Positions 1 through 12,496 of a DNA stretch of 64,000 bases are shown here, in pieces. Origin of the DNA: Klebsormidium nitens (taxonomy: Eukaryota; Plantae; Klebsormidiophyceae); NCBI GenBank assembly GCA_000708835.1, contig DF236977.1, positions 124,001 to 188,000 on the forward strand, written 5' to 3'. The notes under the pieces are model-generated. The model worked only from the letters and a program-made list of their open reading frames with translations. It was not told where the DNA came from and did not search any database. The position numbers were made by a program, and so were the translations under genes. Position 1 is the first letter of the stretch. Each line of letters starts with the position of its first letter.

Positions 1-419
1 CTTACATTGAGTTTCGGGCATCAGTTTCCATATTATCGATTCATATGATGCCCGTACTGACACGAGACCCGAACCTAGGCTAGGCGCATCTGGTGCAACC
101 ATCATGATGTGGTTTGCATACCTCATCATGTTGTGTGCCATGATTGTGTACGTGCTCGAAGGCTTCATGCAACATGGCGCTTCGAACCTCACATGCAGCC
201 CGCCCTCATGTTAGCGTACGCGTTTGGACCATGAGCACAAGTGCATAGCTTTTGAATATGTGAAGGACCTTTAAATGCATGATCAATTCGATCCGACCAC
301 GTCGAATGCATGCATGCAACGTACTGCAATTTATTTAGCATGTTATGACGCGCGCTGCGTGAAAGCGATCAGCCCAGACAAGGCATCATCATGGGGCCCA
401 TGCGCGGTTACTATATATA

Positions 420-1208
420 CACCCCGATTCACAAGTTTTATAACGTGGACTGATTAACCCTACGGGCAATTGAGGCCATTCTCAATTGGTTTCAAAATTT
501 GGAAAATTAGCCAACCCCTATTATGAGATGTTTGAGGTGCAAGCACCTTGAAAGTTGATGTGAGGTGGCCAATACAAAAATGGCAATAAAATACTAGGAC
601 ATGTGCCAAATGGCCTTGTTTTTGCCACGAATGGTGGTGACCCTTGTGCGGTAAGGCTCCATTCTTGACACCTCAAATGGATTCTTCTTCCTTCCAATGG
701 TGCTTTGTGAACACAATGGCTTGTTGTGTTTCCCCATCGGCGTTCGCCGGAAGAACCGTACTCGAAAGCCGGTGGCGGGCGTACAAAGTCACATGTCCGC
801 CGCGCGAGTTTCGTTGATGATGGAAAGCTTTGCATTTTAAATTCCAGGGGCCTCGTGTTAACCCCAATCCATTGGTAACGGACCGTTTTGCGAAGCACGC
901 GAGTTTTGCCCATCAAAAAGTGATCCATGCAAAACAGCAAAAACTGCATGGAGTCGGGCTCGAACCCGCGAACCCGCGACCTCGCGCTAGGCGCTCGGAC
1001 GCTCAGCTCGGCTACGGACTACGAGGCAGAGGCGTCAAGAGGCCATGATCTGGCGCAAATGCTGGCACATTGCTGGCCTCATTTATACCATATAGGGTTG
1101 TGCTTAATTTGGTCAGGTCAAAGGACACAACCCAATAATGTGTTAACCGTAACCCGGTGAAGTTGCCACGTCATCCGGGTTAGGTTACAAAACTTGTGAA
1201 TCGAGGTG
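420..1208. mobile_element. Non-autonomous TIR element (MITE-like), TA-flanked, probably Tc1/mariner-type
   Basis: Left end CACCCCGATTCACAAGTTTTATAAC (420-444) matches the reverse complement of the right end (CACCTCGATTCACAAGTTTTGTAAC, ending at 1208) at 23/25 positions. Both ends are flanked by TA. No transposase ORF is recognisable inside. Confidence 0.75.
939..1020 (-). ncRNA. tRNA-derived Pol III cassette (SINE-head-like) inside the 420-1208 element
   Basis: The minus strand reads TAGCCGAGCTG (A-box-like, 1014-1004), then GGTTCGAGCCC (B-box, 966-956), then a T5 run (943-939). A short GCGGGTTC duplication disrupts the cloverleaf, so it is not a canonical tRNA. Confidence 0.5.
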
Positions 1209-2274
1209 TAGTAACCGGTAGTACAATATGTACCTGAAGTGTTGTTGTTTGCCATGCAGTTGAACTTGCAACATTATTATGGTATCGCGCGCCTCAGCCC
1301 CCAGACAGTAATTGATTTGCAGACATTATACCTCTAAATGTCAACTAGCTGAAGCAGGCGGAAGCGATCCGATGATCAACAGCCTCCATGTGTCCAGGCC
1401 AGCCTTATAAGCTGAGCTGTTAATCAGTGCATAATGTCACTAAATGTTATCGCATGATTGAGCTATGCACATGGTAGAGATGATATGTGCAGAAAACGAT
1501 TATAAGTACCACATGGGAGAGCGAATACACATGCTCGAGTGCACTGTAGATGATTGGCAGTTTGACAGGAATGCAAAGAAATATTACTGGCGTCAAACCT
1601 AATGTCAAACTCCGCTCCTGGTGTTGAAGGTGACTTCCGTTGTCATGCACCAGACACTAGGCTACTAGTCACCCGATAAGAGTCTATCTTAATTGGACCA
1701 CAAAACTGCAAGCTTCTGTACTTGTCCTAGTGCGTCTGTGTGATTTTACAAATCATCTGTCTACTTGACACTACCGCTATATGGGTCCCCATAAGAAGCA
1801 TAATGTTTCTCATATGAAACAAGAATTTCACTACAATTACTCTAGTCAACGTGCCAATTTCCTAGATCCGAAAAATATCAGTGGAGTGCTGAACGGTTTC
1901 CATCTATGCCAAAGCCAAGCTGCAAACGCAACACAAATGTCCCGTATGTAAAGTACCATGCGATTAGTTGAGCAACCTCACTGTAAAGCAATCTACACCG
2001 GATCCTACTGTCACTGCCCCAGATCGATTAAACAACCGCGGCTACAGTCGTTACCAAGGAGTGGCAGTGCAGTATCAAAAAATGTCAATCTACAAATTGC
2101 CATTACCCGACCTGCCCCTTGTTGGGCTTGGCAGGGTCTGGCATTCTTATGCTGGAAGCCTCCAACCCTGGGTCTACGGTTCAACTGCGAATAGGCAACA
2201 TTGGGTGCACCCAAATGCTCCCCCCCAGCTTTGCCAGCGGGGTATGCATCTCCCCAGGTTTCCCCCCCTTCCCC

Positions 2275-5200
2275 TCAGATTTTCTCCTCCTCGATCATCC
2301 TCTGCACCCAACTGATGTCGGGCTCCCGCCCCTCCCCTCCCACGTGGTGCTTTGCACGCGCGCTTTCCACGTCCTCACGTTTGGCCCCCCACTCTGGAGC
2401 TCCCCCCGGCAAGCCCCAGTCAGAAATCTGCCCCTGCCAGGTGTTGCTGCGGGCAAAGCGGCTGTGCGCCAACCGCTGACTGTCAAGAACTAGGCCGTTC
2501 TGAACCATGTTCTCCTGGCTCATGCTGCGGGGACTCCCGAACCCGCCCGCTCGCCCGGAAGGACCCCCCTGCACCGCAGGCAAGCCCACCGCACCCCCTA
2601 GCGGGGAGCGCGGGTTGCGCACCTGCCTCTCCAGGGGCATCTGAGGCGACTGCGGCCTGTCATACGTTCTGAAAAGCTCCTCCCCAGAGGCAGCGCGCAT
2701 GGGGGGCACTGGAGGGGCGGTGCTGGAATGTGGGCGGAAACGAGGGCTGTGATGAGGGCCCAGAGGACGAGCGCGCCCCCCCAGGTTGAGGCTGCCAAGC
2801 TCTGCTGCCAGGCGGCGGGCCTCATAAGCATCCCCGAGCTGACGCACCCGTGCCGCTTCCTCTTCCCTGCTGACCTCATGGGGTGACATCAGCGGACCCC
2901 TGGCAACGCGCGGCGACATCGCTTCCTCGTAAGCCAGGTCCAGCTCACGCCTGAACTCCCCGCTCAAATGTTGCGGGCGGATCATCTGGGGCGCGCGCAG
3001 GGAGAAGTAGTCGAGGTTTTCACTGGGGGACCGCGGGGGGCTCAGGAACGCCTGCGGTGGGCTCGGTTGCTTCGCAACCGGGCTCCCCGGCCCTGGCGAG
3101 AACGGGCCCTGCTTGAGCAGCACCGAGGACGGGGAGACTGGGAGTGGGGGGGAGAATTGGCGCTGGTTCTGCTTTTCCAGGGGGGAGGGCGACATAGGGG
3201 AGGCGTAACTGAGGGGCAGGGCGTGGCCCCAGTTGCTGGACAGCGGGCGGAGCTCCTCGGGGAGGTGGGCAAAGAAACAGACGCGGCGGTCGCAGCCAGG
3301 GCCGTCCTTGCAGAGGCGCGTGCGGTACTGCGCGGGGTGGAGCCACGACTCAAACACGCCGTGCGCAAAGTCGCCTGCAGGGAAGGACAACAGGTGGTGT
3401 TCAGAAGATGCATTCTATGCAAAAGCAGAATTGAGGTGATTTAAATAGTGCGGCGCGGTCTGCTTATGACCAGAATAGCATGACATGCTTGAAGGGCTGA
3501 AATGATTATCGGTTCTTAGTGTGGCCATTGCTGCCGGCAGAATTCACCAACTGAGTCTAAAGATCGACTCCCGTGTGTCAATTGGTGCACCCTAAACTGG
3601 TATTAACTGTACCCTCTCTATCAAACCTCGTCATACAACAAGATTCATTGCCCTGCTGAGTGAAAGAGGCTGGACGAACCCGCAGCTGGCTGAAAGCACA
3701 TGTCTCATGAAAAGGGCTTGTTTACGGTCTGCCTGGTAGTTGAGGATGCCCGACTGATGAAAGTTCACAAATTGAGCTCAACCTCCTTACAACCAACTGG
3801 AGCAGACCTCAGCACCGCAAGCATAATCATCCAGCGCTTATACGGGGCAATCAAAGCAGACAGCTGCTACGCCAATACAAGCATCCCAAAAAGAGGCTCT
3901 CCCTGACCTCCTCTGATGGACAAATCAACAAGCGATTGTTAGGATGGCACTCACATGCATCCCCCTTGGCGCAGGCGCCCTTTCGGAAATCAGGGCATGG
4001 CAGGCAGCTGTATGGATGCTGGCGGGGGTCCCGTCGGCGGGCCGCCTCTCCCGGGTGAGCAAACGGACAATCTGTCCAGTCGTGGCTGTAGCTACGCGAG
4101 CAAGGCTTGATCTGCACGCGAAAATTCAAGGTTTTGTATGCAGACCAATGAGCAGGGGAGGGAAGGTGAAAAGAAGGTCCCAGGAACACCAGAATATGTG
4201 TATGTTAATCTGATGAGATTGCGCCCTTGGTGACAGCCCTGCATCTATGCACAAAGACGAAGAGTGGGAAGAATTTTGTATGGCTCTGATTGAAAAGATA
4301 CACCTTAGGTGGCAGACAACATTCGCTATTTAATTCGAGCTAAACTAAGTTGTTCCAGAGAAAGAGAGCATATTTCACTGTCTATTCCAGGGAGGGTCTA
4401 CTTCAAAGACAGAAGTAGAAATTGGAAGAACCCTGCCAAGCATGAGCTGTGGAGATGCCGACTTAAAAAGTGACATAATATGTTCTCAGAGGGTTGCTTG
4501 CTGGCCAGCCTTCACAATGGATCTCAACACCCATGTAAGTCCTTCAACAAAATCTTATCCTCACCTTGAAGCTGAACATCCTGAACTCATCGCTCATGTA
4601 GACGGAACTGGTCACATCTGGAATGGTCGGATCCAGGACAAACCCTCTATGGTCTCGTCTCGCCTCATAGGGACCTGGAGCTAGAGGAGAGCCCCTCTCT
4701 GTTGCTGCAAACTCAGGGCTCAGGTATTCATGGCGAGGCGAAACAGGGTTTGCATGTGCCCTGGCCAAGGGACTCCCCGGGATGTCAACAGCCACAGCCG
4801 GAACATTTGTCCACTCCCTAATGGGAGCTGGCGCAAGTAGCTGTCGCTCTAGGGATGCCCTGACCTGCAGAGAAGAAGAATGAGCTGCTCAATACATGTG
4901 GCCAGATAATGAGCTGTAGAATTCAGCTGGTTTTGGTGGTATCAGAACCAGAGCTTGGTGATGCCAACAATGAGGCTAGTGAACGCCACTGTCTGGGAAG
5001 AGCAGGATGGAAGAGCCCCGAAGAACAAACTCACACAGGTCACCAACATTCTGCTCAGAACAGGATCTGCTGGGTGTGAAACCCTTGCACAAACCTTCAC
5101 AGATCTGGTTAAAGCTTGGAAATCTGAGGAACCACCAGCTGATACTTTCAATATGGAGGAACACCAGGAGTACAATGACATACACATGCTGGAAGTCCCC

Positions 5201-6015
5201 CACCGCGTACAGACTACTACTTTCTTTCCTCGAAGAAAACTTGTTCCATTATGGTCACAACGTTCTTCCAGACATTTTGGAACTGGCCTAGCAAGAAGAG
5301 CACAAATGTAATCTAGTTTTTCCTCCTAAAATCCTTATAAGGTTCATCCCCTGGGATTGTGAACCGCCAACAATGACTGAAGGTCAAGTCAATCTGCAGG
5401 AGCACCAGACCCCTTTCTGGCAACCAAATTGTTCTAAACAAGATCCTAAGCGATGGTTGTCACATAAAGCAGCCTTGTGCGCATGCATGCATTCAATTCG
5501 TCTCTCACCTGGGCATCTTCACTGTATATCATGTCCAACGGCCTCCTCCCAAATGCAAGATCTTTGACGCTTCGATCAGCTCCTGCTTTCAAGAGCATCG
5601 AGGCTGCTTCCGCAGCCCTCTGGCTGCCTCCAGCCACACAAAAATGGAGGGCGGTTCTCCCGTCCACCCTGCTCCTCCTGTTCACATCCACTGGCCCCGA
5701 GGAAAGGATAAACGAGAGCACGTTCACACCGCCGTGCTCCGCCGCGACCATTGCTGGCGTCCGCTGATCCACCAGCAGCTCATCTGAGCCGTCCCGCCTC
5801 CCATACCAGGTATACAGAGCATCCACATCCAGCCCCTCCTCTAATACACTATACCGAAAAGCTGCTAGCTCATCCTTTGCCGCCAGGTCCAGCAGGGACG
5901 GCCCCCTGCCCGCACTCCTCAGAAACGCCGCGAGGTCCATTTCGACGGGACCTTCGTCGACATGACCGTTCTTGTTCCTCCGTTGCATCTCCTCTCGTCC
6001 GTGAGGGACCCGCAT
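2275..6015 (-). CDS. Ankyrin-repeat + tandem CCCH zinc-finger protein (plant RR-TZF family, AtC3H30/OXS2-like), multi-exon
   Basis: Exon translations give ankyrin motifs ([24 protein letters not shown]) and the RR-TZF core ([66 protein letters not shown]...CFFAH). The C-terminus has the EPDISWV motif. Confidence 0.92.
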
Positions 6016-6577
6016 CAGGGCCCTTGCTGGCCGCCTTCAATTGAGGCAGCCATTGGCGGCCTTATCCTCTCTCTGCTGAAGTGCTGACTCACAAGCGGGT
6101 TTCCACGGGCCAGTGCAGTGGAGGTTGGAGCGCAACCATGATCCTCTTCGAGAAGCAAGCAGCCCCGCCTCCGGATTCCTCGCTACGCTTTTCTCCACCT
6201 GTTCTCGGGAGCGCCGGGCGTATCCTCTTGATTGGCCGGTACAATATAACTGGCCAAGACTAGTCGCCACCGTGAACCGTCTTCTGGGCCGTTTCCAGAC
6301 TTCTAGCCAGCGACCTAACTCCCCCAGAATAAAACACTGGGAGGGGACACGACAAAGGGACTGCTCTATAAGGAACATCTCGTATCAAAATCTCCCAAGA
6401 AGCTGGAAGGACAGTGGCTGCAGAGGACAATGCGTCCAAGGGGGAAGTGCCACCTTGCAAGGAAGTTACAGAAAGTCAAACATGGATTTCAGTTTGCACC
6501 TTGCTCGTCTGGTCGCCCGATTGACTAAATCACCAGCCGTACATCGACAGAAGGCGGTCCAGACTCCAGACTCCAAG

Positions 6578-7007
6578 GGGCTATGCACACTTGGAGGGGG
6601 GTGTCGGGGTTTCTCTGGTAAAATGGAGACCCGGGTCTCGAAATCGACATCCAGCATCCCTTTCGGGCTATGCACACTAGTCGGGGTCTCGCTGACGTGT
6701 CGGAGACCCGGGTCTCGAAAATTGTCCAAAATCCGAGACCCGGCCCTTTGGCCGGGTTTCGATCGACAGTTGACGTCACGGGGGAACGAAGGACGCGCCA
6801 AACGTACTTTTGCGGGCTTCGATCGGTGCGTACACAAACTGTACACGGTTAGGTACACAATGCGTTGAGGGCCGGAAACCCGACATCCCGCAACCCGGTG
6901 TGCATAGGGTCTCGGGGTTGCTCCCGAGCTCGGATCCCGGGTCTCCGACAAACGTCAGCAAAACCCCGTTTTTGCCCAAAAACCCCCCTCCCAGGTGTGC
7001 ATAGCCC
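6578..7007. mobile_element. 430-bp fold-back non-autonomous element with GGGCTATGCACAC TIRs and a 5-bp CCAAG target-site duplication
   Basis: GGGCTATGCACACTTGGAGGGGGG at 6578 is inverted to CCCCCCTCCCAGGTGTGCATAGCCC ending at 7007. CCAAG sits directly on both sides (6573-6577 and 7008-7012). Internal degenerate inverted repeats and extra copies of the terminal motif occur near 6666 and 6899. Confidence 0.8.
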
Positions 7008-7169
7008 CCAAGCGTCTCGATCAAAGAAACTACCTATCTGATCCCAGGACGTGACGGTGACGGTGATTATACGGCCACAGAGCGCCGAGTTTCTGGCGAC
7101 TGTGCAACCCGCCATTAATTGCGCGGATAGAGTCTGGAGTCCAGAGTCCGGACTCCGCGAGTCCGTGTG

Positions 7170-7227
7170 CTCCCATGACTCATGAGCTCCAGCACTGCCT
7201 CCCATGACTCGTGAGCTCCAGCACTGC
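7170..7227. repeat. 29-bp tandem duplication (2 copies, 1 mismatch) in a GAGTC/GACTC-rich tract
   Basis: CTCCCATGACTC(A/G)TGAGCTCCAGCACTGC at 7170-7198 and 7199-7227. Confidence 0.85.
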
Positions 7228-8206
7228 CTCTCGCGACTGAGTCTCGACCTTGTCTCTCGAGTCCTGCTGATTGAGTTCAACACTCGTATTCGTTATGAGG
7301 AATATCTGTGTGCAATATTGTCGCTTGATTCGATAACTTGGAAGTGTTGAAAGACTATATAGTATAAGCACATGCAATCTGTCTACCGCAAGCAAGATCA
7401 AGCTACACGGTGGGCGGTGTCAATAGCAATGACCACAATCGACATCATAATTTGCACCTTCACAACAGATCGGTCTACATACGTAGATCAAAGGGAGTTT
7501 TTGCAACTTGTCTGCCTGGTGAAAGGAGATAGAACTTGATAACTTGACTCAGATTCATCATTGGCAGATTTGGCGCAGATTGGCCATGCTTTAGTGGGGC
7601 CTTGACGCAAGCACTTGGCTCTTGCAATGTATAAGATGCATCCCTTGCTGGAATCGCCTATGCGCGGTGGCACCAAACTGCCTCAGGCCATTCCAAATTC
7701 GATCAAGTATTTATTTTGCGGATGTTCGATCTGCAAAGTGTATGCCATGGGTATGCAATGTAGCGATCATGCACGGCTTTGCACATGGTGCTTACGATGC
7801 TCAAGCTCGGGCTAATTGAATGTATGGACCTTTGCAACGGCGAGGCCAGTCTGATTGGCCCGCCATACAAACTCGGTGGACGAATGTGTGAATCCAACAC
7901 TCGACCTGTAAAAGCACGGGTACTTATCGGTGATGGCGCAAACTGACTCGTTCCCTTCACAGACTGACTTGGACACTCCAAAAAAGAGCGCAAAAGCTTC
8001 AAAAGCGGGTAATCTGGAGCATGTCAAGCACAGAGTCTGCCGTCCAACCTGAGCATGTAGGCCAAGAAAAAGATCAGCTTCCCTATGCAAGTATAGGATA
8101 TATAGCATCTAGTTGTCACTTCACTTCCTAAATCTGCACATTCAATGCATCCCTTTCTCCACCAGGACGAAATTCCTGCAGAGAGAGGCGATAGCCTACT
8201 CACCTT

Positions 8207-11200
8207 CTATGTTTGCGATAAACCAGGATCCACGCGTATTATCTCCGGAGGCACGTACGGTTTCTCCTTTTCCCAAGCCTGTGCAATTCAAAGCAATATC
8301 ACGTTAAAGACGTATGGTGTTGACTTGACCGTCTTTCAGATACAACACACGCAAGTGGGCTGCGCAGATCCAGCAGCAAACGCTTGTCAACGACGGGCAA
8401 GCTCTTTGAAGGTAAGCGAGGATGAGGATGAGTCGGAGTATCGACAAGCAAAAATTGTGGCCCTTCTATGTCAAAAACAACACTTCATGCTTGAAGTCTG
8501 AAAGTACTCTACTATACAGGTAGAGTTGGCCAGGTCCAAAAAAAGAGCGAAAGAACAGGCGCTTCTTGTAGGGCCAACGGTAGGGCACAGTATTGGCAGC
8601 GCTCTAGTAGTTCATTGATCTGGGAACATGGTTCTGAGCAGAGCCTGCCAAGGCCGCTGAATGACTGCATAATCTCATTGAACCGCTGACAGCAGCAAGT
8701 TGCGGATATCGAAATGCCGCGGCATGCCTCATGGTCACGAAACATTGCAGCGACCGAAGGAGAGGATCCGCTTTGAAGTGACCACATTCCACGTCTCAAC
8801 AAATTGAGACCGGGAAATGTCTCTGAAACCAACCACCATAGACAACATGAAAGACTCTTGAAAGCAGAACAAGCAAAAACTTCGAAAACAGCAAAGGTAA
8901 CTCCATCGAAGAGCGACAAAACGCCAGGCTCGTTGCTTGCAGAATCCGGAAGCAACTCTCGAAGAAGGCGGCATGAACAAATGAGCATAGCCAAGACGTT
9001 GGAAAGTTGCAAGGATCCTAGATTTGGCGACCTGTTAGAACACTCTGGAGAATCAAGGCAAGGTAGACGGATCCAGCCTGAAGGTTTCACAACCGCGAGA
9101 GTCCGCCCGTGGTTGATCAGATGTCCGCAAATCTTGTTGAAACTTCTTGATAGACGAGGGCTGATAACGGATATTACGTTATAGATCCAACTTATCCAGC
9201 TAGCCCTTCTGAGGTCAGACGTACTGGCAGATCAAGTAGCAGCAAGCAGCGAGAAGACCCAACAAGCTTGAATTCATTAAGAACTGAAGCCGGAGACGTA
9301 TCCGTCCTGTTTCTTCTTGCGAAAGGGCGAGCGTTGTCTCGAATACCCAGCAAATGCTGTACAAGCATCTACGGTTCAAAGCCACGAAGGGCACCATTTT
9401 AGACCCCTTCAATTCGAAAAAGGCAAGAAATAGAAGTTGGAAGTCCGCCTTCAATCTTCCCCAATCTCATATCCTGCCACATGCCATATGTTTGAAAGGA
9501 GGATCCAACAGCTCACTTGGATAAACTCTTTGACGTTCATCGCTCTGAACGACTGGAAGAATAAAGCGGCGACGCTTGGGACTTGATCATCGAGATGGAG
9601 CAACCGTCTCTGAAGCCGCCAATCTTATGTGGCAACGGCTAGACAAGTCGAACACATTCAAAGGTGGAAGGTTGAAGGTCGCTATTCGTGGTAGAAACGA
9701 GCTCGCTCAAGCGCTCCGAAAGTCCTTCGAAAAGATCTTTCGTTTGGTGTCAAAAAGCGTACCAAAACGCAGATCGACAAAACATAACGGGTATCTTTAG
9801 AGGGGCTCACCAGCTGGGCCAGCATGGTCAGGCTGGACCGGGCGTCCCGTTCGTCGACGACCTCGCGGGGGAAGGCAACGCGCAACTCCTCCAGTTGCTG
9901 CAATCAAGGTCGGCAGGAGGTTTGGGTGAACAACGAAAAAGGACTTAAGGACTCTCGGTGTTTCACAATCTGAGACGGTTACGGACTTAACATGGCTCTG
10001 AAAGTCTGGCACTCTACAGCACACCTGGCACAAACCAGGTTGGCTTTTGAATATTAACTATTGTCCAAAAAACTGCCTCCAGCCTCCACCTGATTTGTCG
10101 CAAACACACTCCAGATTTTTAATACGCGTCCGACCTTTCAAATCTTGTAACTTAAACTGAAGAAGAACGGCTTCAGTCTCAACCCTCCAAACCGCCCAAA
10201 GTATGCAGTGACAGTATCTCGACGAGGTCTGAAAAGACACCTATGCTTTGGCACTAAATTCTCACCGCAGATTTTGACAATTGTTTTCTCGAACACTGGA
10301 GCAGCGGCCAGCAGCAGGAGTTTAAACCTTGCGGTTCGCCTCTGAGATTCTCAAGACTCGCTTGAACACTAGATAGCATTAGCTGGGGGCCTCACTTTGG
10401 GCTCGTGGTACAGGACCTGCAGGTTGAACCCGAGGCGGTCCACCCAGGTTATCCGCGCCACGTCAATGTCCTTGTCAGCGCCGGCCAGCACGCGGGGGAA
10501 GCGCTGGATGTCCTCAAACATGAGCTGGTTCATGTCCTCCACAATGGCCGGCGCGCAGTCTCGCAGGGGGTCCGCCGTTGCTGCCAAGTAGTCCTGACCG
10601 GGCACCCACAGCTCTTCCTGCGGAATGGAAAGTATATCTTCAAAACATAGGTTTCCAGCAATGCTGAATTGACGGTCTCTCAGCAGACTCCATCTGGCAT
10701 GAGCCCCTTGGACTTTCACAGCCAAACCGCTGAGGACCTTGACAATCCAATTGTTGAGATTCGAAGCACACCTTGCTTCCAGGGTTCCAGGTAAGATGGG
10801 GACATAGGTGCTCGCACACAGCCAGAACCGAAATCTTAGGTTAAGCTTGATTCGCCAGACCCTGCTAGTAACCTTCATTAACCGCAGGCAGAAGTTGGCA
10901 ACAATTGACGCACCAAAGAATCATGTCCGAGTCTGTCCGCTAGGAAGCTTTGATTGGGCCCTGAGCATCAGCCTTCGCGCCCTTTAGTACCACGTACAGG
11001 TTGCAAGCTATGGTACCTGGCATCAGGCTATCAAGGTTTCAGGTGCCGGCCAGCCAGTAGATTGGAGTAGACTAGATCTGCGGGCCTCACCACTCCGATA
11101 TCTGGGGCATAAAGCACCTTTTCCACGTCCAGCCGGTATATCTGAGCTTCGTCGCTTTCCTCGCCGTACTTCCGCTCCCAGGCAGTCCTCATCGCCTGCA

Positions 11201-12496
11201 AGCACCATCGACACGATGTTTGTGTGACCAAGTGGTGCGAAGTACAGGACTTATCATTAAAGCAATGCTTGTGACCACCATTGAGAGGCACAGAGGTTAC
11301 GAGCACGACTTCTGACAGAAGGCGCAGGTGCTCCCATTTGGATGGACACACGAAACGGCAGACTCCATAAACAAAGCAGGTTGTCAGCCCAACCGCTTCA
11401 GAATGTGTGTTCCATAGCCCCCTTTTCGTAAGAGAGTTGTTACCAACTTTCTGTAGCCAGCACATGGTGGTGGCGCTCTTATCGCAGATTAGTGTCCGAG
11501 ATTGTCTCACCGTGAGGGCCTTCACGTCTCCCTCTGGGGGGCGCCGGATGTGGCCTTTCAGGGTGACTTGCGGCTTATGCCCTCCTGGCAGAAGAACCTG
11601 CACCAAAACAGTCCTTCAAAAAGGCGAAGAAGAATATGTTGCTCGAGATTTTTCCTGTTGCAAGATGTTTCTCTACTGCCACAAGATGCGGGCTTAGGCC
11701 CGTCATACAAGCTAGCAGGCTTGATTCGGTCATGCCGTACCGTCAGTCTAGCTCTATCCCTCTGAATACCCTAGCCAAGCCCAAGTGCAACTTTATATTG
11801 ACGTTGCTTGCTGAATGTCCCTTGCAATCAAAGCATAGAAAAATGCTTTGATACTTGATACTTGATCATCTTCAATGTGGAGATTAAATGAAGCATTCCA
11901 GTGAGAATGTGGCTCTGGCTCATCCCTCTTGTCAATGCAGCAATGCTGCTACGAAACACACCACCAAAGGATGTGACACGCTCTTCGATGCAAACCTGGA
12001 CATGAAGAGTACAGCGGGCGTCCGCCTCCACATGGCCAGTGTGAATAGCCCTCAAGTGCAGTAGCAGCACAGGGTTGCCGTCCTCTGGAAGAGCAAACCG
12101 CACGTGCGTCCCAATCGGCCACCCATCCTCCCCCACCGTCCCAAGAGTTCCCTCGTCTGAAATCTCAACCAGCGTCCGAGCCTGCTCTGCAAAGGTCGGC
12201 GTTGCAGGGTTGCCTGACTGAGCGTCCACCCGCTCTAAGAGAGCTGCCGATGCTGCAATGGTGGCCTGAACGCGACTACCCACTCGCCGTGTTTTGCTTA
12301 GAGTGGGGAATGTTCTGGAGGAAAAGCGTTTACAGCCAGGCTGGGAAATCAAAGAATTTGGTGTCAGGCGCCGGGATGGACGCCAGACCCGGTACTCAAA
12401 GTTGCTCCCCTCGGTGGCAGGCCCCGTTTCTCTGTGGGTCCCTAGATTGTATAGTTGGGAAGCACGTCCAAAAGCAGTGCTGTATGTGGAGGCCAT
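8207..12496 (-). CDS. GBP: Glutamyl-tRNA reductase-binding protein (GluTRBP/PGR7-like), plastid-targeted, multi-exon
   Basis: A transit-peptide-like N-terminus is followed by EGTLGTVGEDGWPIGTHVRFA...CTLHVQ, ARITWVDRLGFNL and ELRVAFPREVVDERDARSSLTMLAQL. The last exon AWEKEKPYVPPE...* lies at 8278-8207, after a ~1.55-kb intron. These motifs match Arabidopsis At3g21200 as I recall it. Confidence 0.85.

Noticed and set aside
454-470. TTAA|CCCT, resembling a piggyBac left end
   Set aside because: No matching GGG|TTAA right end was found, and it lies inside the TA-flanked element.
521-949. 142-aa minus-strand ORF within the TIR element
   Set aside because: No DDE/DDD or HTH motif is recognisable; treated as a chance ORF.
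2968-3444. Several long ORFs overlapping the CCCH gene on the plus strand and in alternative frames
   Set aside because: These are shadow ORFs of GC-rich coding sequence. The same applies to 28287-28823, 29413-29694 and 63099-63754.
8340-9800. Nearly open plus-strand frames and a 192-aa minus-strand ORF in the last GBP intron
   Set aside because: There are several in-frame stops and no recognisable domain. Purine skew and low TA content of the intron can explain the openness, though a decayed insertion is not excluded.
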